Of a DNA stretch of 64,000 nt, positions 26,301 through 41,722 are shown one piece after another. Numbering within the stretch: the stretch's first letter is position 1; each line of letters begins with the position of its first letter. Location of the stretch: contig NW_024704757.1 of NCBI RefSeq assembly GCF_018977255.1, forward strand, positions 15,748,001-15,812,000. The letters are read 5' to 3'. Origin of the DNA: Callorhinchus milii (Eukaryota). The notes below the pieces were generated by a model. It was given only the letters and a program-made list of their open reading frames with translations. It searched no databases and was not told the origin of the DNA. A program made the position numbers and the translations under genes.

Positions 26301-29300
26301 GTTGCAAGTAATTAAAATGGAACCAAGGTATAAGAAGCAATTACTAAGAAGCTTAATAAAGCAGTTGCCTGTGCCGAGTTGGTTGACCTTAGCAGCACAG
26401 GAGTCACGATCGATCTCACATGGCCATTTTCATTCCTACGAGTTCTTTGTGCACCTCACCTCATATACAGGAACAGTCTTCTGTGACTTGTAGGTAGTTA
26501 AATCCCACACGGTGCAGATCTTATCACGGCCCGAGCTGAGGAAGATACAAAAAGCATATTTTACCCAAATCAGCAGAGGACGTGTACTGTACAAGAGGAA
26601 AAATACTGCAGATGCTGGAAGTAAAAACAGAAGCCGCTCAAGCCGGTTGAGATATTAGACGTTTTTATTTCTGCACGAGTTAGAACATGTGGAATGCGGC
26701 TGCTTGTTCAGGTAAGACTTAAGTTACTCCCAGTTTTGCATCTGTTACGACAAATTACATTTACACAACGCCTTTCACATCGGGAGATGCTGGACAATCA
26801 GGGATTTTGGACCTGAGCTGGGGGTTGGGTTAGATTGGGGTGGAGGTGGGGGGTGGTTGAAGATCAGGATAGAGAGTGGCTGCAGAGGAGGGTATTACAA
26901 CAGTCACCTACAAAATGCGTAGTCAATACATTTTGCAGTAAATCTTGTGAGACGTTCTCCTGATGCGAAAGGCACGATATCAAATGAAAGGATTATTATT
27001 ATTATTATCATCATCGATAAGCTAGCAGTCCTCATAGTCTGTTAAGAGGCACAGTACCTGATCATTGTATTTCCGTCTGATGTGAATGCCAGTGAGGTCA
27101 CAGCACTGTAGTGAGCATCCAGCACCGTAATACACTTACTGGTGCTCAGATTCCAGAGTCGAATCTTACAGTCCATGGACGAGGAGAAAAGCTGAAGCCG
27201 TGACATGTCGGGGTGGAATTCAACCAGACTGCAGTCAGAGGTATGGGGGGGGAGACAGACAGACAGAGAAACAGAGGAAAGATGAAAGAAAGCATGATCG
27301 ATTAAAGAATAACAATTTTTGTTGACTCCAACCCATACTGTCATCTCAAACGTACCATCAACGAGGCAGGCAGTGAAATCCCTTCTGCTGACCTGGCCAC
27401 TCGATGTCACACCAACCGGCTTTCCCTGCGCGCATTCATACCACCACCCGTCTGCAATTGTCAGCGCTCTCCTCATGCATTTTACTGGGCCCTGTGACAG
27501 CGCAGCACAAATCCCAAGTGGAATCACTTTTCCCTGGTAGTATTATTTTTTTAAATAATTTGTATAATCATTTTACAGAGAACTCCTTCTGAGCTGTAAT
27601 ATTCCATGATGCTATTCTACAAGACACACACACACACTAGTGTAGTATACTAAGTGTAAACTAGTTTTGAAATCAACAGTGATGTTAAGAACACACAAAT
27701 CCACAGAATATTTTGAGTGTGATGAATGACAGTGGGGAAAAGGCTCAAAAGAGAAACAAAAGTGCTGGCAAACGCTGGTTCCAGACCACAATAGCAATAG
27801 TATAACGATCAGTATGTATAGTCCTGAAATAACTGAAACTACCTGACACTCCATTCAGCAGATAGCTTTTGCTGAGACACTACACGCACTGGGCACAAAC
27901 TTAAACCCTTTTGCCGCTCTGGTATCTGCGCTACTCATACGCTCACAGATTGATGTAACAGGGGAGTTAAACACGCAGATGAATAGCTTTAGTTTGAAGC
28001 ATTAAAAGGTTTACTCAGAGTTTAAAGTCTTTTCAGTTTCCTACTTTACTTAATCCCTCAAAATGCACTTGGCATTCACTAAATCCCACTGATTTAACAC
28101 TTTGGGACCAGAATGCCTCAGACCACATAATTAAATCTTTCCTTACTTGACAACACCAGAGGATCCCTTCAGGTTGTGGGTGCAGTACTGCTTGATAACA
28201 TCCCAGATTTTGATGGTGCTGTCACAACCTCCTAAAGCAATAAGAAACGTACAGTGAGACATCCACTGCTTCCAATCAGATCACAGGATGAAATCAATGG
28301 CACGCACGCGTGTGTGTGTCCGCGTGTGAAAGAAGATCAAGGTCCATCCACCTTCACCTTCCATCATCCCCGGCAGTCGCTTGACATGTCATGTCCCAAA
28401 CCATATACTGTGTCTCCCAGATATCATTTTCTAGCAGAAATCGATCTCATTTGAAGAGGTGGATGGAGCGACACGACATAAGTCCTACCTGTGGCCAATA
28501 GAGTTGAGGTGGAATCGAACGTCATGCTGGCCATGGGGGCCGAGTGAATGGCTTTCCAGGTGCGAGTGCACACGTTCTCTCTCCAGTTCCATTGCTTCAG
28601 CAGCAAAGCCCGACTGCCCGTCACCAACATCTGTCAGGGAACACGTGGCCAGATAGCAAAATGTCATGATACTATTTACAATACCTAAAACGTCTTTTAA
28701 GAAATGATTTTTTTTTCGATAATAGGGTAGATATCACAACGTTTTGGTCACCCTGTATTTTTGTTACTATTATTATTATTGTTGTTATTATTATAACACC
28801 CTGTATAATTTGTGCAGCTCTGCCAACCTAGATCTCTGTCTACCACTTACTGGGAGAATTATAAATGACTTAGGCTTTACTAAAACACGACTCCATAAAT
28901 AACGGTTTACGAAAATAAGACACCAAAGGAATCTCATCTTATACAGATCTTATTCTGAGGCCCTTGTTACACTAGTTAAGATGAAGGCTGAAAGGAAAAA
29001 GACTGTTTGCTGCTGCATGAGATGCTGATCTTCACACAACTGGCATTTAAATATATACCTCATCATCGGGGCTGATGCTGAAGCAGGTGATGTCTTCTTG
29101 ATCTTCCTGTCAAACAGAAACGGAAAAATGTTAGTTGCTATCAAAGCAGGTCAGAACTTGTGAAACCATCACATATTTAAGTGGTCCTACAATCTAATTG
29201 TCTGACTCTTTAAATAATCAAATCATTCTAGTCCCTTTCAGTGGAATGAGCTCAAAATGTAAACAACAACAACAACAAGATTCCATTTATAAAGCGCCTT

Positions 29301-31226
29301 TCACGTCAGGAGGACGTCCCAAGGCGCTGCACAGTTGGGTCATGACCCGAGCAGGGGGGAAATGGTCAGGGTGAGGGGAGGGAGCGAGGAGGGGGGAAAT
29401 GGTCAGGGTGAGGGGAGGGAAGGGAGGGAGCGAGGAGGAGGAAGAGAGTCGAGAGGGGAGCTGAAGGCACGGTCAAAGAGAAAGGTCTTGAGACCGGCCT
29501 TGAAGGAGGAAAGGGAGGAAGCGGCGAAGGCACTGGGGATGGAGTTCCAGAGCCTCGGGGCTGAGAGGCTGAAGGCCCGACCACCGATGGTAGTGCGGTT
29601 TGGGCGGGGGACGTTATAGCACTGAAGTAAAGCTACATTGTTGAAGGCCACTGTTTATTTTCCCGCTTGTGTAGGGACGTAAAGGGGACTCCACATCCAA
29701 ATGACAGGAGCTGTGAAACTTTTATTTCATTGATTTCTCACCTGCTCAATGCTCTGGGTGATTTTTCCTGTTCCAAGATCCAAGACATTAATCTTTGTCC
29801 CAAAACTGCAGAACATGTACTTTCCATCTTTATTGATCTGCGTTAGAAAAAATAATAGTAATAACTTTTCTTATTTTAGGAAACTCCAGTTCAATACAGT
29901 TTTGTATTAAAAAAAATACTCATTTATAATAATCTTTGTCACTAAAACTACAACTTAGCAGCGCTAAAAGATCACAAGGGAATCCATTTGTTTTCACGTG
30001 TTATTGCCCAACACAGCGAAGGGAGACACCAAAAGAAAACTACATTCATATTTTGAAATAAAAGCTGTTACCTGTACTTTGCCTCCTTTGTAAAAAGGTT
30101 CAATCTTGCCAGAGACAGCGTAGCTGGAAGAAATTGGATTTTAAGAAGTTATTCCCCCCAAAATTATTTGATTTAAAAATAATGATCCTCACCCGTGTCT
30201 TCAAATCCCTTCACGCCCTGGCGCTTCCCAACCTCTCCGATCTTCTTACCCTCCCCCACCCCAACCCACCCCACCACCCGTGGCCTCCATTAGACTGGTT
30301 CCAGCCTCTGGCACGTCCCTCTTCCCAATGCGTTCAGCCACTACGCCCTGAAACACTCTTCCTCTATTCCTCCTTCCCCAACTTCAGGTCCCACCTGAAG
30401 ACCTTCCTCATCAACTGTGCCTACGGTCACCACCCCCCGGCTGGGTGTCCGGCTCCGCTCTGGGACGCTGCCCTGCGTGAGGCGAACTAAACAGACGCAA
30501 GTCGCTGCCGCTGCTGTGGTTAATAAAATTAAATACTCTGAGAACAGACACAGAGAGGAATGTTACTGCAAAACACCGTCACAGCCTCTGACAGACTGAC
30601 TCTCCCCCTCCCTGACAGACAGACAGACAGACAGACAGGGCTCTGATTGATTGAATCTCTCCCTCATTCTCCCTGTCTCCGTCCCCCCCTCTCTCTCTCT
30701 CACTCACTCTCTCCCTACTTCCCTCCCTCCCTCCATCCACCCCTTTCTCTCCCTCACTCCATCCCATTCTCTCGCTCACTCTCCCTCCCTCCCTCCATCC
30801 GTCCCACTCTCTTCCTCCCTCCCTCCATCCATCCCACTCTCTCCCTCACTCTCTCCCTCCCTCCATCCCCCCCCTCTCTCTCCCTCCCCCCCCTCTCACT
30901 CTCTCCCTCCCCCCTTCTCACTCTCTCCCTCCCCCCCTCTCACTCTCTCCCTCCCCCCCTCTCACTCTCTCCCTCCCCCCCCTCTCACTCTCTCCCTCCC
31001 CCCCCTCCATCCCCCCCCCCCCCTCCATCCCCCCCCCCACTCACTCCCTCCCCCCCTCTCACTCTCTCCCCCCCTCTCACTCTCTCCCTCCCCCCCTCTC
31101 ACTCTCTCCCTCCCCCCCTCCATCCCCCCCCTCACTCACTCCCTCCCTCTCTCTCACTCCCTCCCTCCCTCAGTCACTCCCCGCTGCCACTCACTTGCTT
31201 TTGAACTGCATGGCGCTGCTCGCCAT
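14381..31226 (-). CDS. TBL3: Transducin beta-like protein 3 / UTP13 (WD40 repeats + Utp13 domain), 23 coding exons
   Basis: Exons (5'->3'): 31226-31195, 30123-30072, 29837-29742, 29106-29059, 28630-28489, 28231-28147, 27228-27058, 26535-26460, 26282-26186, 25702-25494, 25021-24880, 23662-23604, 23477-23371, 22836-22689, 22466-22236, 21865-21795, 21046-20890, 20606-20548, 19229-19126, 18173-18102, 16625-16467, 15687-15597, 14783-14381. Peptides [83 protein letters not shown] are characteristic of TBL3. Confidence 0.95.
16955..17315 (-). mobile_element. Full-length tRNA-derived SINE (longer, older subfamily)
   Basis: Head GGAGTCCTGTAGCTCAGTGGTTAGAGCACTCGCC, internal GTAGGAACCCAGTTGTTAG, Deu-like core and tail. 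Confidence 0.85.
21237..21487. repeat. 18-bp G-rich minisatellite (~14 copies) inside an L2 fragment
   Basis: (CAAGGCGGAGGGAGGGGG)n flanked on both sides by L2 3'-region sequence, in a TBL3 intron. Confidence 0.92.
29262..29612 (-). mobile_element. L2 LINE 3' fragment, very similar to the 13.3-kb copy
   Basis: [37 protein letters not shown] plus 3' stem-loop and (TTG)n tail. Confidence 0.88.
30655..31172. repeat. Polypyrimidine/polypurine low-complexity tract in TBL3 intron 1
   Basis: About 520 bp made almost entirely of C/T with units such as CTCTCACTCTCTCCCTCCCCC. Confidence 0.9.
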
Positions 31227-31229
31227 GCT

Positions 31230-31303
31230 GGCCGCTCTGGCCTGGCCCGGCTCTAGAGGCCTGGGGCTGGAGTTGAAGGGCTCGCGGGGCTGGAGACGGC
31301 TCT

Positions 31304-31335
<32 letters not shown>

Positions 31336-31480
31336 GCGCACAGGGCGCCGGGGCCGAGCCGCACGCTTCTCCCTACAGCTTCCGGCGCTCTCTGAGTACG
31401 TCACGCTGGCTTCCGGTCCAGTCCCCATGGCAACGGTATCAACAATCAACGGTATCCTCTCCTCCAGAGACCCCTCACTG
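31230..31480. promoter_or_regulatory. Bidirectional TBL3/RNF151 promoter
   Basis: CpG-rich segment upstream of the TBL3 ATG with two ETS motifs CTTCCGG (~31379, ~31410), a CRE-like TACGTCA (~31397) and an RFX X-box-like GTCCCCATGGCAAC (31421-31434). Confidence 0.55.
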
Positions 31481-31484
31481 AGAG

Positions 31485-31860
31485 CAACAACAATAATATA
31501 ATAATAATAACCACAATAATATAATAATAATAACCAAATCAATAATAATAATAACCACAATAATATAATAATAATAATAATAACCAAAATAATATAATAA
31601 TAATAACCACAATAATATAATGATAATAACCAAATCAATAATAATAACCATAATAATATAATAACCACAAAAATATAATAATATAATAACCACAATAATA
31701 TAATAATAATAACCAAATGAATAATAATAACCACAATAATGTAATAATAGCCACAATAATGTAATAATAACCACAATAATGTAATAATAATAACCACAAT
31801 AATATAATGATAACCACATCAATAATAATAATAATAACCACAATAATAATGTAATAATAG
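31485..31860. repeat. (AAT)n-derived AT-rich satellite with AACCACAAT interruptions
   Basis: Directly visible simple repeat. Confidence 0.9.
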
Positions 31861-33622
31861 GAGGGGTTTCTCCTGGTATCAGGTCAGCTGGAGAGGGAGC
31901 GAAGATTGGCAGATCCTTTGGGAGGTGGGGTTTGCCACTAATTAATGCGGATTTAATGTCTTCAACCTGCAACTGAGCAGGTGGGAACCTATTATCGGAA
32001 CCAGTTGAACCCAGAAGGAAAGCACCATGGAAAAGGTGATGGAAGCAGAAACACTAACTTTTATCACGGACCAAGGAATGCTGACTGTTTGTCTTCTGAA
32101 TTGTTCTCAAGTTCTATTGATCGCGTTTATTTCTCTCCTCCCTCCCCACCCACCCAACTTTGCCCTATAATTTCTATTTTTTTTTGCTCTTATTTGATGG
32201 GCTGGACCTGTGGCAGATGCTGTGTGAAAGAATGATATAGACTGAGGGGTGCGTTCAGGGTTTTTATGGAGTGGGGGGTATTTGTTGTCTTTGCACAGTG
32301 TCTTGGGAGCACTGTAAGTGAATTGAGGGTAATTGCTGTCAACTTGTGACTGTCATTATGGTCATACACAATGACTACACAATATCCATACATATATAGC
32401 AGCAATGTCCCACAAACAGCAATGAAGTGAATGACTAAACCACGTTATCTGGACTTTTTTTTTGTGTGGCCAGGACAACAGGGAGAGAAAGTCCCTTTTC
32501 AATTCATGTCATGGGATCTTTCAACAACCTGACAAAACTTCAAGCAAAAGGCAACAAAGCTCGTTTTAACATGACCATACCTTCTAAACACAAGAGTATT
32601 GCCTTTTTACTGTAGGGCATTTCCAGCATAATCCAACCCAGCCCCTAATGCATTCAGTGCAGTCTTTTCAATTCGGTCTATTAACAGTCCAGGGACATTC
32701 TCTCATTTCAGCGCCATCCATGGGATTCTGTATTGTGTGATGGTTTCAAAACCAAATCAGTAGGATTTTGCTTGTGTAAAAAAAAATGCTAAAAAGGATT
32801 CTCACAGCTCCACAGCACACTGAGGTCCAGTTCAGACAAGCAGAGACAAGTATCAGGTCAGCTGGAGAGGGAGGAAGATTGGCAGATCCTTTGGGAGGTG
32901 GGGTTTGCCACTGATTAATGTGGATTTAATGTGTTCAACCTGCAACTGAGCAGGTGGGAACCTCCAGCATTGGGACCAGTTGAACCCAGAAGGAAAGCAG
33001 CATGGAAAAGGTGATGGCAGCAGAAACACTAACTCTTTTTTATCACAGAGCAAGGAATGTTGACTGTTTGTCTTCTGAATTGTTCTCAGTTATATTGATT
33101 GCATTTAATTCTCTTCCCCCCCCAAAAAAAATGTTGCCCTTATAATTTCTGTGATTTTGTTCTGCTTTATTTATTGATTTCACCCTGACCATTTCCCCCC
33201 CATGCTCGGGTCCTGACCCAACTGTCCAGCGCCTTGGGATGTCCTCCTGACTTGAAAGGCGCTCTATAAATGGAATCTTGTTGTTGTTGTGATCGAATGA
33301 TTTGATGCTGGGCTTCTGATGGATGCTGTGTGGATGGATGGATGAATGAATTGCATGAACGATGCACAGACTGGGACGGTTGCGTTCGGTTCATTTTGAA
33401 TCGCTGTTGTTTGCGCATTTTTTTAATCAAGTTTCACAAGTAGAGTTTAGTTTTTAATCTACTCTCTCCCCCCCACCACACACACACACCCTCAAACAGA
33501 AGACACCCCATTCATAAGCTACTGCCCATCTCTTGTTATTCCCCCCCCCACCTCTAGCCCCCAAAGAAAGGCATGGAATTTCCCAGAAGCTGAGCCTCCC
33601 CGTGTTGTCTCCTGTGTTGCAG

Positions 33623-36600
33623 GGCCATGGATATGATGTTGAACTCTTCACGAGTGTCCCAGACCCTGTGTTTATCTGCCCGATCTGCCAGGGTGTCCTG
33701 AACAATCCCGTGGAGCTGAACTGCCAGCACTTCTTCTGCTATGCCTGCATTGTGAAGTGGTTCAAGCGGTAAGCACCGGGGCGCTGGGCTGTGAGTCGCT
33801 GTGGGTGTGTGTTAGTGTGCTAGTTAGTTAGTTGGTGAGTGTGCTAGTTAGTTGGTTTGTGAGAGAGTTAGTTAGTGAGAGTGTTAGTTAATGTTGAATT
33901 GAAAGTCACTGATGAGCGAATGGAAACTGGAATTCCAGTTGGGATTGAATTCATTTGGTGTTCTATTTCCCTTCTAGACATTTTTCTTTTGCATTTCTCT
34001 CTCTCTCTCTTGCCATTCTCTTCCCGCTCCACCATTTTGGGGTGGTGTTGAAAATATCCAACTTTGCTTGAAATGCCTAATTGGAAACTATTTTGTAATG
34101 TTGCATTTAGCTTGTGGGCAATGAGCCGGGGGTGTGGAGGTGAGAGCATGTGAGAGAGCCTGTCCCTCTCTGGCAGTTTTGCAGTGCAGAAGAATAACCC
34201 TTGCGTTTGATATCGTGCCTTATCACGTCTCGAGATGTCTCAAAGCGCTTCACAGAATATACTGTAAAGTGTAGTGACTGTATTTGTAGGCGAAGGCCCA
34301 TTTGCCTAATTCCTCTGCTGGAGATGAGATCTTTCACTGGTGCTAAACACTCTAATCTCAATTGCCTGCTCTTCTTGTACATTGTTCTGCCTGAAATATT
34401 TATCCCCAAATCCCTTTTGAATGCTTCTGTGGATCTTTGCTTCAATGGCCACATGTAGACAGCTTGTTGCACCTCCTCTGTGTGTGTGATGTGATGGGGG
34501 ATGTAGTTTCATGGTACTGTGCGGTGCTCTGTCTGATGGGCACCGTGTGTAACTCGCTCTGCCCGCAGGTCCTCCCTCTGCTCCTCTCCTCCTCTGAAAA
34601 CCACCTAAGTCACTCTATGCTGACTATCCAATATAGCGCTGGGGAGTGCTGCGATATCAGATGAGAGATTTAAGCCTGTTCGCAGTCCCTCTGCTTCGCA
34701 TCCCCCCCGCCCCCCTCACCTTCTTCAAGACCCATCTCAAGACCCTACTTTTCGACTGTGCCTTCGGTCACCCTCCTACCCCTACCCTCCCCGCACTCCA
34801 CCCCTTCATGATCCCAATTTCCAGCTTGGGTGTGGATCCCTAGCTGTCTGGTGCCTTGGGAAGTCCTCCTGATGGGGAAAGGTGCTATATAAATGTAAAT
34901 TGTTGTTGTTAAAGATGCTGTGGCACTGTTTGGGAAGTTGAGGGAGTTACTCCTGGTGTCCTGCCCAGCAATTCCTCAGATAAAGTAGCTCAATGCCTTT
35001 GTGGCTGATTGTGGGATGTCGCCATGAGCAAACTGGCTGCCGCGTTCACTAATAAAAATTTAAAAAATCACTCTTCCACACTTGACGGTCCAATCCTGTG
35101 CAGCACTTCGAGACGTTTCAACAATGTGATAAGACGCTCTACGAAATGTAAAAATTATTTCATTCTCTTCTGACTTGAATGGGTTAATTGCGATATGGGA
35201 AACCCATTTTTTCAATAAAAGACTTGCGTTGCTGCTTGATTGGGTGAGGTGAAGGTGCAAAGATCTCGGAGTGAGGAAGAGTATATGAATTGACGTGCAC
35301 TCCTCACTATGCAATTGATTTTCTTTAGGAAGTGTGAGTGTCCATACTGCCGGAAACGTACAAAAGCAATGGCTCGGTCTGTGGTGCCAATAATCCAGAA
35401 CATGATCGGTCGACTGATGATGAAGGTAAATCCAGTGCTATAGTTATAAACGTGTGTGTTTATAAGTGCATCATTTTAAACGGGGTTGGGGGTGGGGGGG
35501 GGGGGGCTGGAATTTGTCTATTTTCTGCTAGAAAATTGTCAACGGCACGACTTGAGCAAGAGACTGCCAGGCTGGTGGAAGGTGAACTGCTTGGACCTCG
35601 GTCTTCTTCCGTCTGGCAAATTCTTCTGTTCTTTCTGTCCCGCGCGCACAGTGTGGGAACACAATCCATGGCTGCCCGGCTACTTTTCCACTGGAGCAGT
35701 ACGCGACCCACAGGAAGGTGTGTGAGTTTAGGTTGGCGAAGTGCGAGTGTGAAGGATGTCCTGCCATAATGCCCCACAAGGACCTGCCGGCTCACAGGCA
35801 GGTGTGCGAGTTCTGGAAGCAGCCGTGCAGGATGGGGTGCGGAGCCCAGCTGACCTGGCTTCAGCTGGAGAAGCACAACTGCTACCGGGACATGAAGGCA
35901 AAGTACGATGGGGCCATTGCCTACCTCGAATTTTGCTTCAACCGCATGAGCACGATCCTGAAGCACAAAGAGGAATGCTTTTGTCAGGTCGTGTCCATCA
36001 CCGATGACTATGCAGGTGAGTTGATCACTATTCCCTCTGCGCTTCAGATTGCTGAGATTTCTTTCATCTTATTACGTCTCGAAGACGTGGTGAGGCGCTA
36101 CATCAAATATTATTATTATTTTTATTATTTCAGAATAGCAGCTAGACCATGGTTTCCTTTTTCCCTCGCTCGTCATCCATCCCCATCATTGGGAAGCACT
36201 CAGATACCTTATCCTGTGTGAAGGTCGATAAATAGATGGTGGGGATAGTCCTTGCAGTTGATGCAGCGCTTTATCACGTCTTCGAGACGCCTCAAAGAGC
36301 TTCACAGAATATAACAGTAAAGTGTAGTGACTGTATAATTCTGTGAATAAAACAACAATATAAATAAAAAAATGTATAAATATTTTTAAAAATGTTTTTT
36401 GATCAGATGAATCGTCAGAAGCGAATGAAGATGAAGAAAATGATGAAGTGGCACCTAACAGTATTAACGAGAACGCGTCTTCAGTCAGTTCGAGATCCAG
36501 CAGCGGGTCAAACACAGAACACGATGTCACTCCCAGCAGACCGGAGATCAGGCAGCGGAACAGACACGCGTGTTATGAAGCAGTGGATGGAGCAGGGAAC

Positions 36601-36701
36601 AATGGGGGAGATGAGGCCAGCCCTTCAATCAGCCCCAACACCAGGGCACAAGCTGTTTCCCACAGGCACCGGATCAGACCGCGAGGCCTGCGGATCTTTA
36701 G
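33623..36701 (+). CDS. RNF151: RING finger protein 151 (C3HC4 RING + TRAF-type zinc fingers); start exon and last exon uncertain
   Basis: Exons 33623-33768 (GHGYDVELF..CPICQGVLNNPVELNCQHFFCYACIVKWFK), 35329-35425 (KCECPYCRK..IGRLMMK), 35652-36015 (CGNTIHGC..CRMGCGAQL..KHNCYRD), 36407-36701 (acidic/Ser-rich). The ATG must lie in an upstream phase-0 exon (candidates 32027-32035, 33002-33010, 31427-31435). The CDS ends either by read-through to the stop at 36846 or in a final exon 38053-38134. Head-to-head with TBL3, as in human. Confidence 0.85.
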
Positions 36702-39417
36702 GTGTGCTGTGTTGGCTGTTTGTGTGTTGATTAAAGCCTTAGGGAGACAGACAGTAGAAGCCGAACGTGTTGTGTGTTTCAAGAACAAATTAGATAGATT
36801 TCTGTTAGAAAATAATAGTGCCCAGACACCACTAACTACTAAATAATCCTTGCATCTGATATAGATGCCTTTTGGGAAGTCTGGAAGATGTGATAAGGTG
36901 GTATATCAAATGGAGGGATTATCATTCTTATTATACAGCGCCTTGTCTTTGATATATCTCGCTTGCAGAATATACTGTCAAGTGGATTCACTGTATTTTG
37001 TGGGCGAAATGCAGCAGCCAATTACAAACCGTGGTGGATTGAGTGACCAAATTGATTTTTTTTCTAATTTTTTTGAACAAATTAATATCTTGGGATACAA
37101 TATATAGATTGGGACATAACTTGTCAAGCGACTGCCGGGCATGGTGGAAGGTGAACTAGATGGACCTTGATCTTCTTTTACTCAGAAAATTCTTATGTTA
37201 TGTTCTTAAAACAGTGAAGTGGTTCACCAGAACACACAGACGGAAAGAACATAAGACTTTGCTCTTAAAATCAAATGGGTCAGAATACCGACAATCTATT
37301 GGGTGGGCACAGTTTGAACATTGCTGGTGGGACTGTGAAACTAATGATTTATCAGTGAATTGGGTTACACATTTACCTTGATTTATAACCTATTACTGAG
37401 TCATTCAGGACTTGAAAGTCACCGATTGGAATCCAGGCTAGACCTTGTGCGTTAGCTGATCCTGCAGTCGTGGTGCCAAATGACCTTTGTGCTCCTGGGC
37501 TTGCCTCTGTGTTGGTGGTGGCTGGGTGGGGGAAAGAGGAATCTTCAGCCATTTACCAAGCTGACTTCTCATTCCACTAACGTCAATTACATTTGTTCTA
37601 TTGGTTTTTGAGGTCTTGTAACTTGGGTATCTACCCTTAACAATGGCACGGAGACTGCCTATCATTGGATGAATAAGGGTCACTTTTTCCCCCACGGTTA
37701 TGTTTTATGCTTTACGTCTTTCTTGTTGCCTCCTAATTCAACCTGGAAGGTGGACAACAACAAATTACGTACATGTGTAAAGTGCCTTTCGTATCAGGAC
37801 GACATCCCAAGGCGCTGGATAGTCAGGGATTTGGTCCTGGGTTGGGATCAGGAGGGGTGGGGTGCAGGGACGCAGGATTGGAGGGTGATCGAAGATGGGA
37901 TAGAAGAGGATGGCCTAGTCTAGCCTCCTGGAGGTGGAACTATGGCTTTGGTTGCAGCAGGATGATAGCTCTTGACATTCTTGTTAAAATTGATCTGATT
38001 GATTTTTTTTTTCTCCCCCCCCCCCCCCCCCACCCCACTCTGTTGGTTTCAGGCAACGCGTAACTTGGAATCCATTTGACCTGCGTTTTGGATCTGTGTA
38101 CAGAAGAATGCGTGTTCGACCATACTGCCGATAATGTTAATAAACCTTGCATTTGATTATAGTGCTTCATCACATCATTGAGACATCTCAAAAGGCTTCA
38201 CAAGATATTGACCTACTGCAGACCATCTAAAGGTTACAGCGCACTGCTTCAGGCACCAGCCTATCTATTTATTTTTAAAAAAAGTTTTTCCCCTAACCCC
38301 AACCTTACCCCCCAATCTTTCAAAGCTCTGATTGAGCAAACTTGTGTTTGAAGAGCAGTCTACAGTTCAATGTGTTTAGTGATGGAAATTTGACAATTGT
38401 ATTTTGTATTGAATAAATAAAATAGTTGCATCTGAAATGTTTCTCTTGTTCCAACATTCGTAGAGTGAGTGACCAAATGATCATTTTTTAAAATGTATTT
38501 ACAAAGGGTTTATTAACCCTGGGAAAGTGATCTCCCAACTGACTTAACAGCTGGGTTCCTACTTAGCTACATAAACAGAGACTGGTGGAGTCAGGGTTAA
38601 TAAAGTTGATTTTTTTTGTTAACGTATGAAACAAACACAGACACGAAAAGTACATGTTCAGCAGTTCTGCTGAGCCGTGACCCCAAGCAGAAAGAGCACA
38701 CTTCGAACGGAACTCTGGCTACGAGTTGTATTGCTTTGGCTGCAATGTCCTTTTCGTTACCCTTCATCTATGCAAGGAACCTCAACAAAACATTTTAGGG
38801 TAAGAGCTGGGCTTCAGCCCTCGATCTCTCTCACTGTGAATAGGCCATAGCAAAGGGAGGGGGAGAGAGCGCGTCTGTGGGAATGAACAGTATTCGCTTG
38901 CTGATTAAAGTGCAGCTGCTTCCAATTGCCAAACCCTGAGGAGGTAAGTGTGGGGGGGGGGGGGGAGGGACGCTATCCTGCGTGAGGGGTGCTGCATCCA
39001 TGCAAGTTGTTGTTGTTGTCGTCCCACCTTGTCCTCCGGCATTTCATGTTACGCAAGCAATTGGTAAAATAGTCCCTAAGCTTAAAAAGATTACAAACAA
39101 AACAAATAAAGGAAGGGTGGGGTTGGGGAGAGAGAATGCATTGCGCAAGATTTTTGCAAATCTGGAACACTTATCATAATATAATAATCCTTGCATTTGA
39201 TATAGTGCCTTGAGATGTCTCAAAGTGCTGCACAGAATATACCGTACAGTGTAGTGACTGTACATTTTGTGGGTGAAACGCGGCAGCCAATTGCGCACAG
39301 CAGTGTCCCGCAAACAGTCGTGGATTGAGTGACCAAGTTATTATTTCTTTCATTTTTCGAAGGGATTTATATATCTGTTTTTGTTTGTGTACTCGCGTCG
39401 GTAAATGTTGAGATTGA

Positions 39418-41722
<2,305 letters not shown>

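Noticed and set aside
30647-31972. Pro/Ser/Leu-rich and Ile/Tyr-rich ORFs
   Set aside because: They are translations of the polypyrimidine and (AAT)n simple repeats.
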